From: Spirochaetia bacterium
GTDB lineage: Bacteria; Spirochaetota; Spirochaetia; SZUA-6; Bin103
Reading direction: 5' to 3'
NCBI GenBank assembly: GCA_965198005.1
Contig: CBDAOI010000003.1
Location: 1,024,001-1,088,000, forward strand
Length of the DNA: 64,000 nt
Part shown: piece by piece, positions 39,993 through 50,784 of the stretch
Numbering within the stretch: the first letter of the stretch is position 1
How the letters are laid out: each line of letters begins with the position of its first letter
Notes under the pieces: generated by a model
What the model saw: only the letters and a program-made list of their open reading frames with translations
Told to the model about the DNA's origin: nothing
Database searches by the model: none
Made by a program: the position numbers and the translations under genes

Positions 39993-41997
39993 CGCAAAGA
40001 CCGCCGGCCCGTACGCCTTCAGCGGCTGGCAGCGGCGCAGCGACGTGCTGGTGGCCCTGTTCGTGATCGTGTTCATCCTGATGATGTTGATTCCGCTGCC
40101 GGCAGTGGTGCTCGACCTGTTCATGGCGCTCAACATCTGTCTCGGCCTGCTGGTCATTCTGATCGTGCTCTACACCCGGAGTCCGTTGGAGTTCACCATC
40201 TTTCCGACGCTGCTGCTGCTGGCCACGGTGTTCGGGCTGGCTCTCAACGTCTCGTCGACGCGGCTGATTCTGGCACAGGGCGCGGCCTTCGAGGGTCGCA
40301 TCGTGCGCGCGTTCGGAAGCTTCGTCGTGGGCGCTCCGGGTACCGCCGGCTACGTCATCGGCGCGATCATCTTCACCATGATCATGGCCGTGCAGTTCGT
40401 GGTCATCACCAAGGGCGCCACGCGGGTAGCCGAGGTGGCGGCCCGCTTCACCCTGGACGCCCTTCCCGGCAAGCAGATGGCGATCGACGCGGAGTACAAC
40501 TCCGGCCTGCTGTCGGAAGCGGAAGCGACGCGGCGCAAGAACGAGCTGCGGCGCGAGACCGACTTCTACGGCGCCATGGACGGCGCCTCGAAGTTCGTGT
40601 CCGGGAACGTGCGCGTCGGGGTTCTGATCACGCTGATCAACCTGGTCGGCGGGCTGATCGTGGGCGTCGCGGTGCGCTCCGAGCCCCTGGCCGCGGCGGC
40701 GGGAACCTACGTGTCGCTGACCATCGGCGACGGCCTGGTAACGCAGCTCCCGGCGCTGCTGATTTCCACCGCCACCGGGATCATCGTGACGCGCGCCGTC
40801 TCCGATGCCTCGTTCGGCCGCGACCTGGCGCGCCAGCTTGCGCTGCACCATCGGCCGTTCTACATCGCCGCGGGTTTCCTCGCGGTGCTTGCCCTGCTGC
40901 CCGGCTTTCCCGTGCACGTGTTGCTGCCGCTGGCCGCGGTGCTCGGCTGGTGCGGCCATGCCATCGGCCGCCGGCAGGCGGGCGCCGCCGGCGCCGAACC
41001 ACCAGCCGCCACCGAGCCGGGCCCTGCCGCGCGGGCGGCGTCGCCGCCAGCCGCCGCCGCGCCGGTGGCCCCCGTGTCACCGGTGGCGCCGCCCGATCCG
41101 CTGGCGGTCGAGTTGGGGTATGGACTGGTGCCGCTGGCCGAGGAGGAGGGCGGTACCGACCTGTTGCAGCGGCTGGCCGCCGTGCGCCGCGCCGCGGCGC
41201 AGGAACGCGGCCTGGTGGTGCCGCCGGTTCGGATTGCCGACAACCTGAACCTGCGGCCCACCGAGTATGCCGTCAAGATCCGCGGCGTCGAGGTGGAGCG
41301 CGACCGCCTGCGCGGCGGCGCGCAGGAGCTGGCTGCCCGCCTGACACGGATCATCGAGCGGCGCGCGGCCGACCTGCTCGGTCGAGAAGACGTGAAGTCG
41401 ATGCTCGAGGCGCTCCGGGGGGACTATCCGACCGTGGTCGAAGAAGCCACGGCGACGCTGTCGGTCGGCGAGATTCAGCGCGTGCTGCAGGCGCTGTTGG
41501 CAGAGGGGGTGTCGATACGCGATCTGGTGGCTATTCTCGAGGCGCTCGGCGACTACGCGCCCGAACGGCGGGACACCGGGTTTCTGGTGGAACGGGTGCG
41601 CCGGACACTGGCGCGGCAGATTTCGCAGCAGCACGCGGGCACGGACGGGGTACTGCACGTCCTGACGCTGGCGCCGGACCTGGAACGGCGGGTGATCGAA
41701 GCCGCCGCGGAGGGCGCCGACGAAGGTCCGAACGGCGGTGCGGCGGCCGGCGGCCGCTCGGCGGAGTGGCGGCGGCACTGGGTCGGCGCCCTGGCGGAGG
41801 CGGTCGCGGAGGCCGAGCGGCGGGGGCACCCGCCGGTGGTGTTGTGCCCCGCGCCGGCACGGGCGTGGGTGCGGGCCGCCACCCGGCGCGAGCTCCCGCA
41901 CCTGGTGTGCCTGGCGGACACCGAGCTGGCCGAGGTCGCCGTGACAGCGCTGGCGGAAGTGCAGCCGGAGCGGCCGGCGGGAGAGGGCGGGCGGTGA
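39985..41997 (+). CDS. flhA: FlhA, lacking cytoplasmic subdomain D2
   Basis: FPTLLL, RVAEVAARFTLDALPGKQMAIDA, FYGAMDGASKFV, TIGDGLV, ELGYGL, VLQALL.EGVSIRDL. Confidence 0.95.
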   Translation: MADAKTAGPYAFSGWQRRSDVLVALFVIVFILMMLIPLPAVVLDLFMALNICLGLLVILIVLYTRSPLEFTIFPTLLLLATVFGLALNVSSTRLILAQGAAFEGRIVRAFGSFVVGAPGTAGYVIGAIIFTMIMAVQFVVITKGATRVAEVAARFTLDALPGKQMAIDAEYNSGLLSEAEATRRKNELRRETDFYGAMDGASKFVSGNVRVGVLITLINLVGGLIVGVAVRSEPLAAAAGTYVSLTIGDGLVTQLPALLISTATGIIVTRAVSDASFGRDLARQLALHHRPFYIAAGFLAVLALLPGFPVHVLLPLAAVLGWCGHAIGRRQAGAAGAEPPAATEPGPAARAASPPAAAAPVAPVSPVAPPDPLAVELGYGLVPLAEEEGGTDLLQRLAAVRRAAAQERGLVVPPVRIADNLNLRPTEYAVKIRGVEVERDRLRGGAQELAARLTRIIERRAADLLGREDVKSMLEALRGDYPTVVEEATATLSVGEIQRVLQALLAEGVSIRDLVAILEALGDYAPERRDTGFLVERVRRTLARQISQQHAGTDGVLHVLTLAPDLERRVIEAAAEGADEGPNGGAAAGGRSAEWRRHWVGALAEAVAEAERRGHPPVVLCPAPARAWVRAATRRELPHLVCLADTELAEVAVTALAEVQPERPAGEGGR

Positions 41998-43295
41998 CCA
42001 CCGCGTACTTCAAGGTGCAGGGCACGACCCCGCGTGAGGCGCTCGCCAACATGAAGCGGCTGTATGGACCGGACGCCCGCATACACTCTCACCGCGTGGT
42101 CAAGATCGGAGGACTGTTCGGCCTGTTCAAGCGCGACGGAGTAGAGATTACCGGGTTCGTGGATCCGCCGGCGGCGTACGCCGCGGCGACCGCGTCGGAA
42201 CCGGCCCCGGCCGACGCGGAGCCGGCCGCGGCCCAGCAGCGGTTGGCGTACGAGCAGCGCCGGATCCTGGAGCAGACGCCCTCCGGGGCCGGTCTGCGGC
42301 GGCTGGTAGACGAGGTGGCGGCACTGCGCGCCCGGCTCGACCGCTCGTTGCCGGAGACCGCCGAGGTGACCGTACGGCTCGGTGAGCATCCGTGTCTGCT
42401 CGCATTGGACGCACTGCTGGTGCGCAACGACTTCGCCCCCGGCTACCGCGCGCGGCTGCTCGATCGGGTACGGTCGGAGTTCACCCTGCAGCAGCTTGAG
42501 GACCGGGCCGCCGTGCACCGCTACGTGGCCCTGCAGATCGGCCGTGCGCTGTCGGTGGCGCAACCCTTGACCGGGACCGACGACACCGCCGCCGGCGGGC
42601 CGCTGGTGTGCATCGTGGTCGGTCCGACCGGCGTCGGCAAGACCACCACAATCGCCAAGCTGGCGGCGATCCACGGCCTCGGCAACGGCGCCGGCGAACG
42701 CCGGAACGTGCACATCGTGACGATCGACAACTATCGCATCGGCGCCCGCCAGCAGATCGAGACCTACGGCGAGATCATGCGCATTCCGGTCACCACGGCC
42801 GAAACCGCGGAGGATCTCAAGAAGGCGGTGGCGCTCGGGCGCGACCTGGACCTCATCTTCGTCGACACGGTCGGCCGCAGTCCGGCCGACTACGCCCGCC
42901 TAGGCGAAATGCGCGCCGTGCTGGAGGCAGCCGGCCGGCGCAGCACGACCCAGCTTGCCGTGAGCGCCACCACCAAGCATCCGGACCTCGAGCAGATCCT
43001 GCGCCAGTTCGAGCCGTTCGGATACGACACCGTGATCGTCACCAAGCTCGACGAGACCGCCGCCATCGGCAACGTGCTGTCCGTGCTGGCGGAGCGCCGC
43101 AAGCCGGTCTCCTACCTGTGCGACGGGCAGGTGGTGCCGCAGGACATCGCACGGGCATCGATCGGACGGTTGCTGGTCAGCCTGGAGGGGTTCGAGCTCG
43201 AGCGTGCGGCGCTGGAGCGTGAGTTCGGGACCTTCGGGGAGGCGCCGGCGCCGTCCGCCGGGAAAGAGCGGATGCCGATCTTGACCTCGCCGTGA
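41994..43295 (+). CDS. flhF: SRP-family GTPase FlhF
   Basis: GPTGVGKTTTIAKLA, DNYRIGA, DTVGRS, TKLDET, GQVVPQDI. Confidence 0.93.
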   Translation: MTTAYFKVQGTTPREALANMKRLYGPDARIHSHRVVKIGGLFGLFKRDGVEITGFVDPPAAYAAATASEPAPADAEPAAAQQRLAYEQRRILEQTPSGAGLRRLVDEVAALRARLDRSLPETAEVTVRLGEHPCLLALDALLVRNDFAPGYRARLLDRVRSEFTLQQLEDRAAVHRYVALQIGRALSVAQPLTGTDDTAAGGPLVCIVVGPTGVGKTTTIAKLAAIHGLGNGAGERRNVHIVTIDNYRIGARQQIETYGEIMRIPVTTAETAEDLKKAVALGRDLDLIFVDTVGRSPADYARLGEMRAVLEAAGRRSTTQLAVSATTKHPDLEQILRQFEPFGYDTVIVTKLDETAAIGNVLSVLAERRKPVSYLCDGQVVPQDIARASIGRLLVSLEGFELERAALEREFGTFGEAPAPSAGKERMPILTSP

Positions 43296-43343
43296 TTTAT
43301 ACCTACGCTCTCGGAAATTGGGTTGTGTCCGTGGGGCGATGCT

Positions 43344-44168
43344 ATGGCGCGTGACAGCCGGGAGCTAGGCGTGGCAGATCCGGTCCCGGAGGCCGCTGAC
43401 GCCGTTCCGGAAGAAGAGCTGTGGAGGCGCTACCGGCAGCGCCGGGATCCCAAGATACGCGACCACTTCATCCGCCAGTACGCGCCGTTGGTCAAGTACG
43501 TGGCCGGCAAGATGGCGGTGGGCATGCCCGGCAACGTGGAGTTCGACGACTTGGTGGGCTACGGCGTGTTCGGGCTGTTCGACGCCATCAAGAAGTTCGA
43601 TCCGACCAAGCACGTCAAGTTCAAGACCTACGCCGTGACGCGGATTCGCGGAGCGATCTTCGACGAGTTGCGCACCATCGACTGGGTGCCGCGCTCGGTG
43701 CGCCAGAAGGCGCGCGAGGTCGAGGAAGCCGTGCGCACCCTGGAAGCGAAGCTCGGACGCGCCGCCACCGACGCCGAGATCGCCAAGAAGATGAACATGC
43801 CCCCGGACGAGTTCCAGCAGCTCATGCTCAAGATCAGCGGCACCTCGATCCTGTCGCTCAGCGACGTGTGGTACAGCGGTGACGACAATGACCGCATCTC
43901 GGTGGCGGAGAGTATCGAGTCTCCGACCAGCCTCAATCCCGATTCGATCGTGGAGAAGGATGAGATCAAGCGGGTGATCGTCGAGGCAATCGGCGAACTG
44001 TCGGAGAAGGAGCAGAAGGTGCTGGTGCTCTACTATTACGAGGATCTCACGCTGAAGGAGATCGGTGAAGTGCTGGAAGTCACCGAGTCGAGAGTCTCCC
44101 AACTCCACACCAAGGCGATCATCCGACTGCGCGCCAAGCTGACCAATCTGAAACGTGGTGTCGCCTGA
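43344..44168 (+). CDS. fliA: RNA polymerase sigma-28 factor (FliA/WhiG)
   Basis: [56 protein letters not shown]. Confidence 0.95.
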   Translation: MARDSRELGVADPVPEAADAVPEEELWRRYRQRRDPKIRDHFIRQYAPLVKYVAGKMAVGMPGNVEFDDLVGYGVFGLFDAIKKFDPTKHVKFKTYAVTRIRGAIFDELRTIDWVPRSVRQKAREVEEAVRTLEAKLGRAATDAEIAKKMNMPPDEFQQLMLKISGTSILSLSDVWYSGDDNDRISVAESIESPTSLNPDSIVEKDEIKRVIVEAIGELSEKEQKVLVLYYYEDLTLKEIGEVLEVTESRVSQLHTKAIIRLRAKLTNLKRGVA

Positions 44169-44255
44169 GCCCGTCTAGCCGAGGCGGGGCGTGCGGCGGC
44201 CGCGCATTCCCCGGCCGGGCGGTAATGCGCAGGGACGGAATGGTCGATATGCAGA

Positions 44256-45581
44256 GTGATGCATTATTCCCGGTACCGCACCCTGGAACGGCAGCAGGTA
44301 GTGCCCCGCAACGGGCACAGCCGATTCGCGCGCGCAGCGCCCCGTGCGCTCCGTAACCAGCAGCCGAGCACGCGCCGCCCGTCCGCCCGCCGGACCCCGA
44401 CTGCGTCCCGCTCCCCGGTCGCACTGCTCGGCGCGACGGCGCGGTCCATGGCCCGCGGCCGGAGCAGCGTGCGCGAGCTGGTGCGCAAGGTCCACGCCGC
44501 CGCGGCCGCACTGTTGTCCCGCATGGTAATCCGGCCGATGCATGCCACCGCCACGGTGCTGCTGGTGGTGGCTGCCCTGACCGCAACCACTCTGGCCCAG
44601 ATCGCCCCCAGCGAGCCCAGCCCACGGCTGTCGCCGCAGGTGTTGACGGACGGACTGGCGACCCCGGCGACGGTGCACTTGGCCGCGGCAGTCCCGGGCA
44701 CGGGCGCAGCGCCGGGTTCGGTCGTGGCATCGTCGGCCGGCGCAGCGACCGGAATCGCTACCGTGGCGACCGCCGGCGCCGCGTTGCCTGCCGAGCCGGC
44801 GAACGCGGCGAACCCGGCGAACCCGGCGGTGTCGACCGCCGCCCAGGGCCTCCCGCCAATCCAGCGGGTTCACCCGCACCAGGTGGTGAGCGGCGATACG
44901 CTGTCGGGGCTGGCGGCGCGGTTCGGGATTACGCTCGATACGATCATCAGTTTCAATGACATCAAGCGTGCCCGCGACCTGCGCGTGGGACGCGAGCTGA
45001 CCATCCCCGCCGCATCGGGAGTGCGCTACGAGGTGCGCCGGGGTGACAGTCTGAGCGGCATCGCGGTGCGCCACGGCGTGGATCTCAGCACCGTGCTCGC
45101 GGCCAATGCGGTGCAGGGCGAGTTGATCACGCCGGGGCAGGTCCTGATGATCCCCGGCGGCCGCCTGGGTGAGAACGAGCTCAACCGCGTGCTCGGACGG
45201 CTGTTCGTGTGGCCGGCCCGCGGGCGACTGACCTCCGGCTACGGTTACCGCAACGATCCGTTCACCGGAATCCGCAAGTTTCACAACGGCATCGACATCG
45301 CCAACGCCCAGGACACCGCGGTGGTAACGGCGATGGGTGGCAGCGTGGCGATGCTGGGTTACAACGGAAACTACGGGCGCTACCTGATCATCCGCCATCA
45401 GGATGGCTTCCAGACTCTGTACGCGCATCTGCACAAGATAGTCGTGGAACGCGGCCAACGGGTGCGTCAGGGACAGCGCGTCGGTTCGATGGGGACCACG
45501 GGATACAGCACCGCCAGTCATCTGCATTTTTCCATCTTCCAGCATGGCCGCCACGTCAATCCGGTGAAGCATCTCGACTGA
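44256..45581 (+). CDS. LysM + M23 peptidase
   Basis: Two LysM repeats (GDTLS/GDSLS), HNGID, HLH. Confidence 0.9.
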   Translation: MMHYSRYRTLERQQVVPRNGHSRFARAAPRALRNQQPSTRRPSARRTPTASRSPVALLGATARSMARGRSSVRELVRKVHAAAAALLSRMVIRPMHATATVLLVVAALTATTLAQIAPSEPSPRLSPQVLTDGLATPATVHLAAAVPGTGAAPGSVVASSAGAATGIATVATAGAALPAEPANAANPANPAVSTAAQGLPPIQRVHPHQVVSGDTLSGLAARFGITLDTIISFNDIKRARDLRVGRELTIPAASGVRYEVRRGDSLSGIAVRHGVDLSTVLAANAVQGELITPGQVLMIPGGRLGENELNRVLGRLFVWPARGRLTSGYGYRNDPFTGIRKFHNGIDIANAQDTAVVTAMGGSVAMLGYNGNYGRYLIIRHQDGFQTLYAHLHKIVVERGQRVRQGQRVGSMGTTGYSTASHLHFSIFQHGRHVNPVKHLD

Positions 45582-45610
45582 GTAAGCCGCACCCCGCGAA
45601 CGTATCTTCC

Positions 45611-45638
45611 CCCATTCTGCACAATTGTGCAGAATGGG
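45611..45638. repeat. Perfect 28-bp palindrome
   Basis: cccattctgcacaattgtgcagaatggg. Confidence 0.9.
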
Positions 45639-45650
45639 TGGCGGATCGGA

Positions 45651-46655
45651 ATGAGGACTGACGCAAGGCAGCGCCGGCGCGGCCGCGGGAGGCGGTGGCT
45701 GGCGATTCTGGCCGCCGGTTGCGTGGCCGCACTGGTCGTTCAGGCTACCGTGATCGGGCCCACGCGCACGGCGCCGTACGATGAAGGGGAGTACCTGTTG
45801 TTCCCGGGCGATTGGCTGGCCACGACCCGGAACGCCTACCCGCAGGTCGGGGCCGGGGGATTTGCCGCGAGCGCGCACGGGGTCGGCGGCAGCGCCGAGG
45901 GAATCGACCCGCCACCGTTGTCGCTCGCCAGCAAGTACTACCGGGTGCGGCGCGGCGACACCTTTACCGGCATCGCTGCCCGGTTCGGGTTGACCCTGGA
46001 CACGATCGCCTCGTTTAACCGGGACGCCGGGGTCGGGGTGCATCAGCTCGCCATCGGCGAGTTGGTCAAGATTCCGAACCAGGATGGGATCTACCTGCCG
46101 GTAGGCGACGATCTGGCGCAACTCAGCCTGGAACAGGGAGTGTTGCCGGAGACGGTGCTGGTAGCCAACGGCGTCGATCTCGACGAGTTGACGCCGGCCA
46201 CGGAATTGTTCTTTCCCGGCGTCCAGCACTCCGGGCACGAGCTGGCCATGGTGACCGGGGCCGCATTCACGCGTCCGACCGCCGGCTGGGTGAGTTCCCG
46301 GTTCGGTCCGCGGATCGACCCGTTCACCGGCACCCGGAGTTTCCACCACGGGGTCGACCTTGCGGCGCCGCATGGGACCGCGGTGCGCGCCACCCAGGAT
46401 GGCAAGGTAGCCGCCACCGGCCACAGCCGGGTGTTGGGCAAGTACATCATCATCACCCACTACGTGGCCGGGTACTCCTCACTGTACGGCCACCTGCATC
46501 GGGTCTACGTGCGCCGCTCCGAACGGGTGCGCGGCGGTGAGCCGATCGGCACCGTCGGCGCTACCGGGCAGGTGACCGGTCCCCACCTGCACTTCGAACT
46601 ACGGCGCGGCAAGATCCGGCTCGACCCCGCGCAGTTCATCTCCGGTCTCCGCTGA
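45651..46655 (+). CDS. LysM + M23 peptidase
   Basis: YRVRRGDT, HHGVD, YGHL, GPHLHFE. Confidence 0.9.
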   Translation: MRTDARQRRRGRGRRWLAILAAGCVAALVVQATVIGPTRTAPYDEGEYLLFPGDWLATTRNAYPQVGAGGFAASAHGVGGSAEGIDPPPLSLASKYYRVRRGDTFTGIAARFGLTLDTIASFNRDAGVGVHQLAIGELVKIPNQDGIYLPVGDDLAQLSLEQGVLPETVLVANGVDLDELTPATELFFPGVQHSGHELAMVTGAAFTRPTAGWVSSRFGPRIDPFTGTRSFHHGVDLAAPHGTAVRATQDGKVAATGHSRVLGKYIIITHYVAGYSSLYGHLHRVYVRRSERVRGGEPIGTVGATGQVTGPHLHFELRRGKIRLDPAQFISGLR

Positions 46656-46722
46656 GTCGGTCCGCCGCTAGCGGTCGGACGGGATGGGCCAAAAGCGGCG
46701 CCCCGGCGGCGGTTTTGGGGCG

Positions 46723-49539
46723 TCAGCTTCCGTGGCAGTGCTTGTATTTCTTGCCGCTGCCACACGGGCACGGTTCGTTGCGGCCGACCTTGGGCCCGGC
46801 GCGCTGTTCCTGCACCGTGCCGGCAACGTTGCGCACCGCGGCCGCCCGCCGGCCGATGGCGCTGCGGGCGCCGCCGCCGTTGGCCGCATCCGGGGCGCCG
46901 GCGCCGGCCGCCGGGGCGAGCGTACCGTTGGTTTCCGGAGCCGCGGTGCGACCGCCGCCGCCGGCGGCAAACTGACCCATCGACAGGTGACGGGCGTGCT
47001 GTCCGCGCTGCGGGCCCTGCTGCCGGGAGTGGCGGATGGTGACTTTGAACACCTTTTCCGCAATTGCGCTGCGGATCTCCGCCAACATCCGGTCGAAGAT
47101 CTGAAACCCCTCCAGCTTGTACTCCAGCAACGGGTTCTTCTGGCTGTAGGCCCGTAGGCGTACCGCCTCCTGCAACGCCCCGAGGTGCTCCAGGTGATCC
47201 TGCCAGCGGGCGTCGATGGCCCGCAGATACTCGTAGCGGATGAACAGGTTGAAGCCTGCGCCGCCCACCTCGGCGGCCTTTTCCTCCAGCGTCGCGCGCA
47301 ACTCCGCCACCACGGTCTGCTCGAACTCGCCGCGCGCAAGACCCGTGTAGTGCTCGGCGGCGTGCCGCGGAGTAAAGAAATAGCGCGACTTGAGGGCTCC
47401 GAGCACGTTCGTCCAGTTGGGTCGCGCGCCCTGTTCGCCATCGGCCTGCTCGAGCAGAGCGGCGACGTCGTCGGCCACGGTATCGGTCACGCGCTTGATC
47501 AGGTCGGTGTCGGCCATGATCTGGTCGCGCTTGGCGTAGATGAACTTGCGCTGCTCGTTGAGCACGTTGTCGAAGTCGAGCAGGTGCTTGCGGAGTTCGA
47601 AGTTCCGCTCCTCGACCCGGCGCTGGGCCCGCTCCAGCGACTTGTTGATCCAGGGATGGGCCAGCGGCTCGCCGTCGGTCATCCCCACGCGGGCGATCAT
47701 GTTGCGCAGGTTCTCCCCGAACAGCCGCATCAGGTCGTCGTCCAGCGAGATGTAGAAGCGCGAGTGGCCGGGGTCGCCCTGGCGTCCGGAACGGCCGCGT
47801 AGCTGGTTGTCGATGCGGCGTGACTCGTGGCGCTCGGTGCCGATCACGTTGAGCCCCCCGGTGTCCCGGACCGCGTCGTAGTTCGCCTGCCACTTGGGCA
47901 GCGCCTCCGCCAGCGCGCGCTCGACCGCGGCGTGGTTGTGCCCGCCCTTGCGCCGCGCCTCGAACTCCACGTTGCCGCCCAGCTTGATGTCGGTGCCGCG
48001 CCCCGCCATGTTGGTGGCAATGGTGACCGCGCCGGACGCCCCGGCCTGAGCGATGATGGCGGCCTCGCGTGCGTGATTCTTGGCGTTGAGCACCTCGTGG
48101 CGAACGCCGCGCCGCGTCAGCGTGGTCGACAACTGCTCCGACTTCTCGATCGAGACGGTGCCCACCAGAACCGGCTGACCCCGTTCGTGGCACTCCGCTA
48201 TCTCGTCCCCGATCGCCGCCAGCTTGTCCTGCTCGGTGGCGAAGATCACGTCGTCGTCGTCGGCGCGCACTACCGGCCGGTTGGTGGGAATGACCACCAC
48301 GTCGAGCCCGTAGATGCGGCTGAACTCCGTGGCCTCGGTATCCGCGGTGCCGGTCATGCCCGACAGCTTGTCGTACAGCTTGAAGTAGTTCTGGAACGTG
48401 ATCGACGCCAAGGTTCGGTTGCGCTGCAGAATCCGGATCCGTTCCTTGGCTTCGATCGCCTGGTGCAGTCCGTCGGAGTACCGCCGGCCGTGCAGGATGC
48501 GGCCGGTGAACTCGTCGACGATCTCGACCTTGCCGTCCTGCACCACGTAGTCGACGTCACGGTGAAACAGACGGTGCGCGCGGAGTGCCTGGGTGAAGTA
48601 GTGGATCAGCTCGAAGTTGTCGTCGGTGAACAGCGAGTCGGCGATGATCTTGCGCTGCTTGAGGATCTGTTCGACGGCGCCCATGCCCTGATCGGTGAAC
48701 GAAATGCGCTTGCTCTTCTCGTCCACCTTGTAGTCGCCGTCGAGCACGAACCCCTCCGCCTCATCGGGGTAGTCGCCGGTTTCCGGATCCTTGGCGACCT
48801 CCCTGAGCTGCCCGACCAGGGGGTTGACCTGGGCGAAACGGGCGGTATCGTCGTCCGCCGCGCCCGAGATGATCAGCGGAGTGCGCGCTTCGTCGATCAG
48901 GATGGAATCGATCTCATCGACGATGCAGAAGTGGTGCCCGCGCTGCGCCTTCTCGCGTTCATCCCACTGCATGTTGTCGCGCAGGTAGTCGAAACCGAAC
49001 TCGTTGTTGGTGCCGTAGGTGACGTCGCAGCGATAGGCGGCATGCTTCTGCACACCGTCCATGTTGGCGAGGACCACACCCACGGAGATCCCGAGCAGGT
49101 CGAACACCCGCCCCATCCAGTCCGCATCGCGCTCGGCCAGATAGTCGTTGACGGTGACGACGTGGACGCCCCGCCCGAGAAGGGCATTGACGTAGGCCGC
49201 GGTTACGCTGGCCAGGGTCTTTCCCTCACCGGTCTTCATCTCGACGATCGAGCCGCGGTGCAGAACCGCCCCGCCCATGAGCTGGCAGTCGTAGATGCGT
49301 TCGCCCAGGCGCCGGCGCGCGGCTTCGCGCACCAGCGCGAATGCCTCCGGCCGCAGGTCGTCCAGTTCGGCGCCGGCCGCGAGCCGCGCGCGCAACCGGG
49401 CGGTGGCGGCGGGGAACGCGGCGGCGTCGAGGGCGAGCATCTCCGCTTCCAGCTCGTTGACCCGCCCCACCAGCGGTGTCAGCGCCTTCAGATCGCGCTC
49501 GCCCTTCGACCCGAGCACCTTCTCAAGCACATTGTCCAT
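46723..49539 (-). CDS. secA: Preprotein translocase SecA
   Basis: [38 protein letters not shown]-terminal [13 protein letters not shown]. Confidence 0.98.
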   Translation of the reverse strand: MDNVLEKVLGSKGERDLKALTPLVGRVNELEAEMLALDAAAFPAATARLRARLAAGAELDDLRPEAFALVREAARRRLGERIYDCQLMGGAVLHRGSIVEMKTGEGKTLASVTAAYVNALLGRGVHVVTVNDYLAERDADWMGRVFDLLGISVGVVLANMDGVQKHAAYRCDVTYGTNNEFGFDYLRDNMQWDEREKAQRGHHFCIVDEIDSILIDEARTPLIISGAADDDTARFAQVNPLVGQLREVAKDPETGDYPDEAEGFVLDGDYKVDEKSKRISFTDQGMGAVEQILKQRKIIADSLFTDDNFELIHYFTQALRAHRLFHRDVDYVVQDGKVEIVDEFTGRILHGRRYSDGLHQAIEAKERIRILQRNRTLASITFQNYFKLYDKLSGMTGTADTEATEFSRIYGLDVVVIPTNRPVVRADDDDVIFATEQDKLAAIGDEIAECHERGQPVLVGTVSIEKSEQLSTTLTRRGVRHEVLNAKNHAREAAIIAQAGASGAVTIATNMAGRGTDIKLGGNVEFEARRKGGHNHAAVERALAEALPKWQANYDAVRDTGGLNVIGTERHESRRIDNQLRGRSGRQGDPGHSRFYISLDDDLMRLFGENLRNMIARVGMTDGEPLAHPWINKSLERAQRRVEERNFELRKHLLDFDNVLNEQRKFIYAKRDQIMADTDLIKRVTDTVADDVAALLEQADGEQGARPNWTNVLGALKSRYFFTPRHAAEHYTGLARGEFEQTVVAELRATLEEKAAEVGGAGFNLFIRYEYLRAIDARWQDHLEHLGALQEAVRLRAYSQKNPLLEYKLEGFQIFDRMLAEIRSAIAEKVFKVTIRHSRQQGPQRGQHARHLSMGQFAAGGGGRTAAPETNGTLAPAAGAGAPDAANGGGARSAIGRRAAAVRNVAGTVQEQRAGPKVGRNEPCPCGSGKKYKHCHGS

Positions 49540-49590
49540 GCTGTGCAATGTAGCTTGCGGTTCCGGCGCCGGTCTACGTACCATTGCGGA

Positions 49591-50784
49591 GTGCGCCGTC
49601 GCGCCCATCTATACGCCCTGCTCGGTACGCTGATGCTGGCCGCCTGCGCGCGGCAACCGACGCCGGAACTGGCCCGCGACGAGTTGTTCACGCTCAGCAT
49701 CGGCCCGCTCGACGAGCAGCTCAATCTGTTGCGCATTGCCGGCGCCGCGGCCCGTTCCGCCACCAGCATCTACATGCGCGACGGGCTGTTCTATATCGCC
49801 AACGGCAGTGGCGACAAGGTGATGCAGCTCTCCTCCTACGGTGACCTGATTCTGCTCATCTACGATCCCGACTCCAATCCCGAACCGGTCGGGTTCGCCC
49901 GCCCCGCCGGCGCCGGCGCGCGCGGCTTCGCTGCTACCCGGAGCGCGGTGCCGCACGCATTCAACCAGCTCAGTCATATCGCGGTGGACCGCGGCGGCCG
50001 CATTGCGGTGGTCGACGCAGTTGCCGCGGCCGGCGGCGCGGCCGGCGGGCAGATCGTGCGGCGGTTCTCGCCGCGGGGCGAGCATCTGGACGACCTCGGT
50101 CAGCAGGGCGCGGGCGGCGCGCCGTTCCCGCTGGTGCATCGTCTCACGGTCACCGCGGACGACGGTCTGGCGGTTACGGCGCGCAGCCTCCGCCAATGGC
50201 TGGTGTTCTGGTACGATGGCGCCGGCACGTTGCTGGAGCGGACGGAGTTGCCGCATGTCCGGCAGGTCGGCGAACAGGAGGCGCTGGTGACTCGGGACGT
50301 GTTTCCCCACCTCCGGGAGCGCCGACTTACGCTGGTGGTGGAGGCCTGGCTCCCGTCCGGCGGCCCGCGCGCGGAGGAGGCCGCCGCGACGAGCGGTACT
50401 CCCGCCGGCGCCGACCGGCTCGGTGGCCCCGAGATCCGCGTGTACGACGTGGCTTCGCGCAGCGTGGTAGCCGAGTTTCCCGTGCCGGACAGCGCAGCCG
50501 AAACGGTAGGCGCGGCATCCTACCATCCGCTCGGAGTGACCAGCGGCGGGCAACTGTTCCTGACCCGGCGGGAGGACGACCGGACCCACTCGCTGCTGAT
50601 CCTGGGCCGTGGTGGTCGGGTGATCACGCGGCGGTTGCTGAAGCTGGAGGAGGCGGGATTGAGTTACGTCAGTTTGGGCATGACGGCCGGCGGCGTGCTG
50701 TTCGGACTGCTGGCCGAAGCCGACACCGCGCGCGTGGTGTGGTGGCGCGGCGATCTGCTGATTTCCGGAGGGAACCTGCATTGA
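49591..50784 (+). CDS. Putative lipoprotein, divergent from secA
   Basis: Lipobox LAAC; beta-propeller-like [17 protein letters not shown]. Confidence 0.75.
   Translation: MRRRAHLYALLGTLMLAACARQPTPELARDELFTLSIGPLDEQLNLLRIAGAAARSATSIYMRDGLFYIANGSGDKVMQLSSYGDLILLIYDPDSNPEPVGFARPAGAGARGFAATRSAVPHAFNQLSHIAVDRGGRIAVVDAVAAAGGAAGGQIVRRFSPRGEHLDDLGQQGAGGAPFPLVHRLTVTADDGLAVTARSLRQWLVFWYDGAGTLLERTELPHVRQVGEQEALVTRDVFPHLRERRLTLVVEAWLPSGGPRAEEAAATSGTPAGADRLGGPEIRVYDVASRSVVAEFPVPDSAAETVGAASYHPLGVTSGGQLFLTRREDDRTHSLLILGRGGRVITRRLLKLEEAGLSYVSLGMTAGGVLFGLLAEADTARVVWWRGDLLISGGNLH

Noticed and set aside
40585-40620. FlhA KFVSGN instead of enterobacterial KFVRGD
   Set aside because: As I recall this is the usual spirochete variant, so it is not evidence of degeneration
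45611-45638. 28-bp palindrome as a dif site
   Set aside because: No match to the XerD arm TTATGTTAAAT; dif sites are not perfect palindromes
47827-49590. Long antisense or alternative-frame ORFs (e.g. 47827-50784 upstream part, 58448-61429, 18344-20389, 44175-46460)
   Set aside because: Shadow ORFs of real genes in high-GC DNA, with no recognisable motifs
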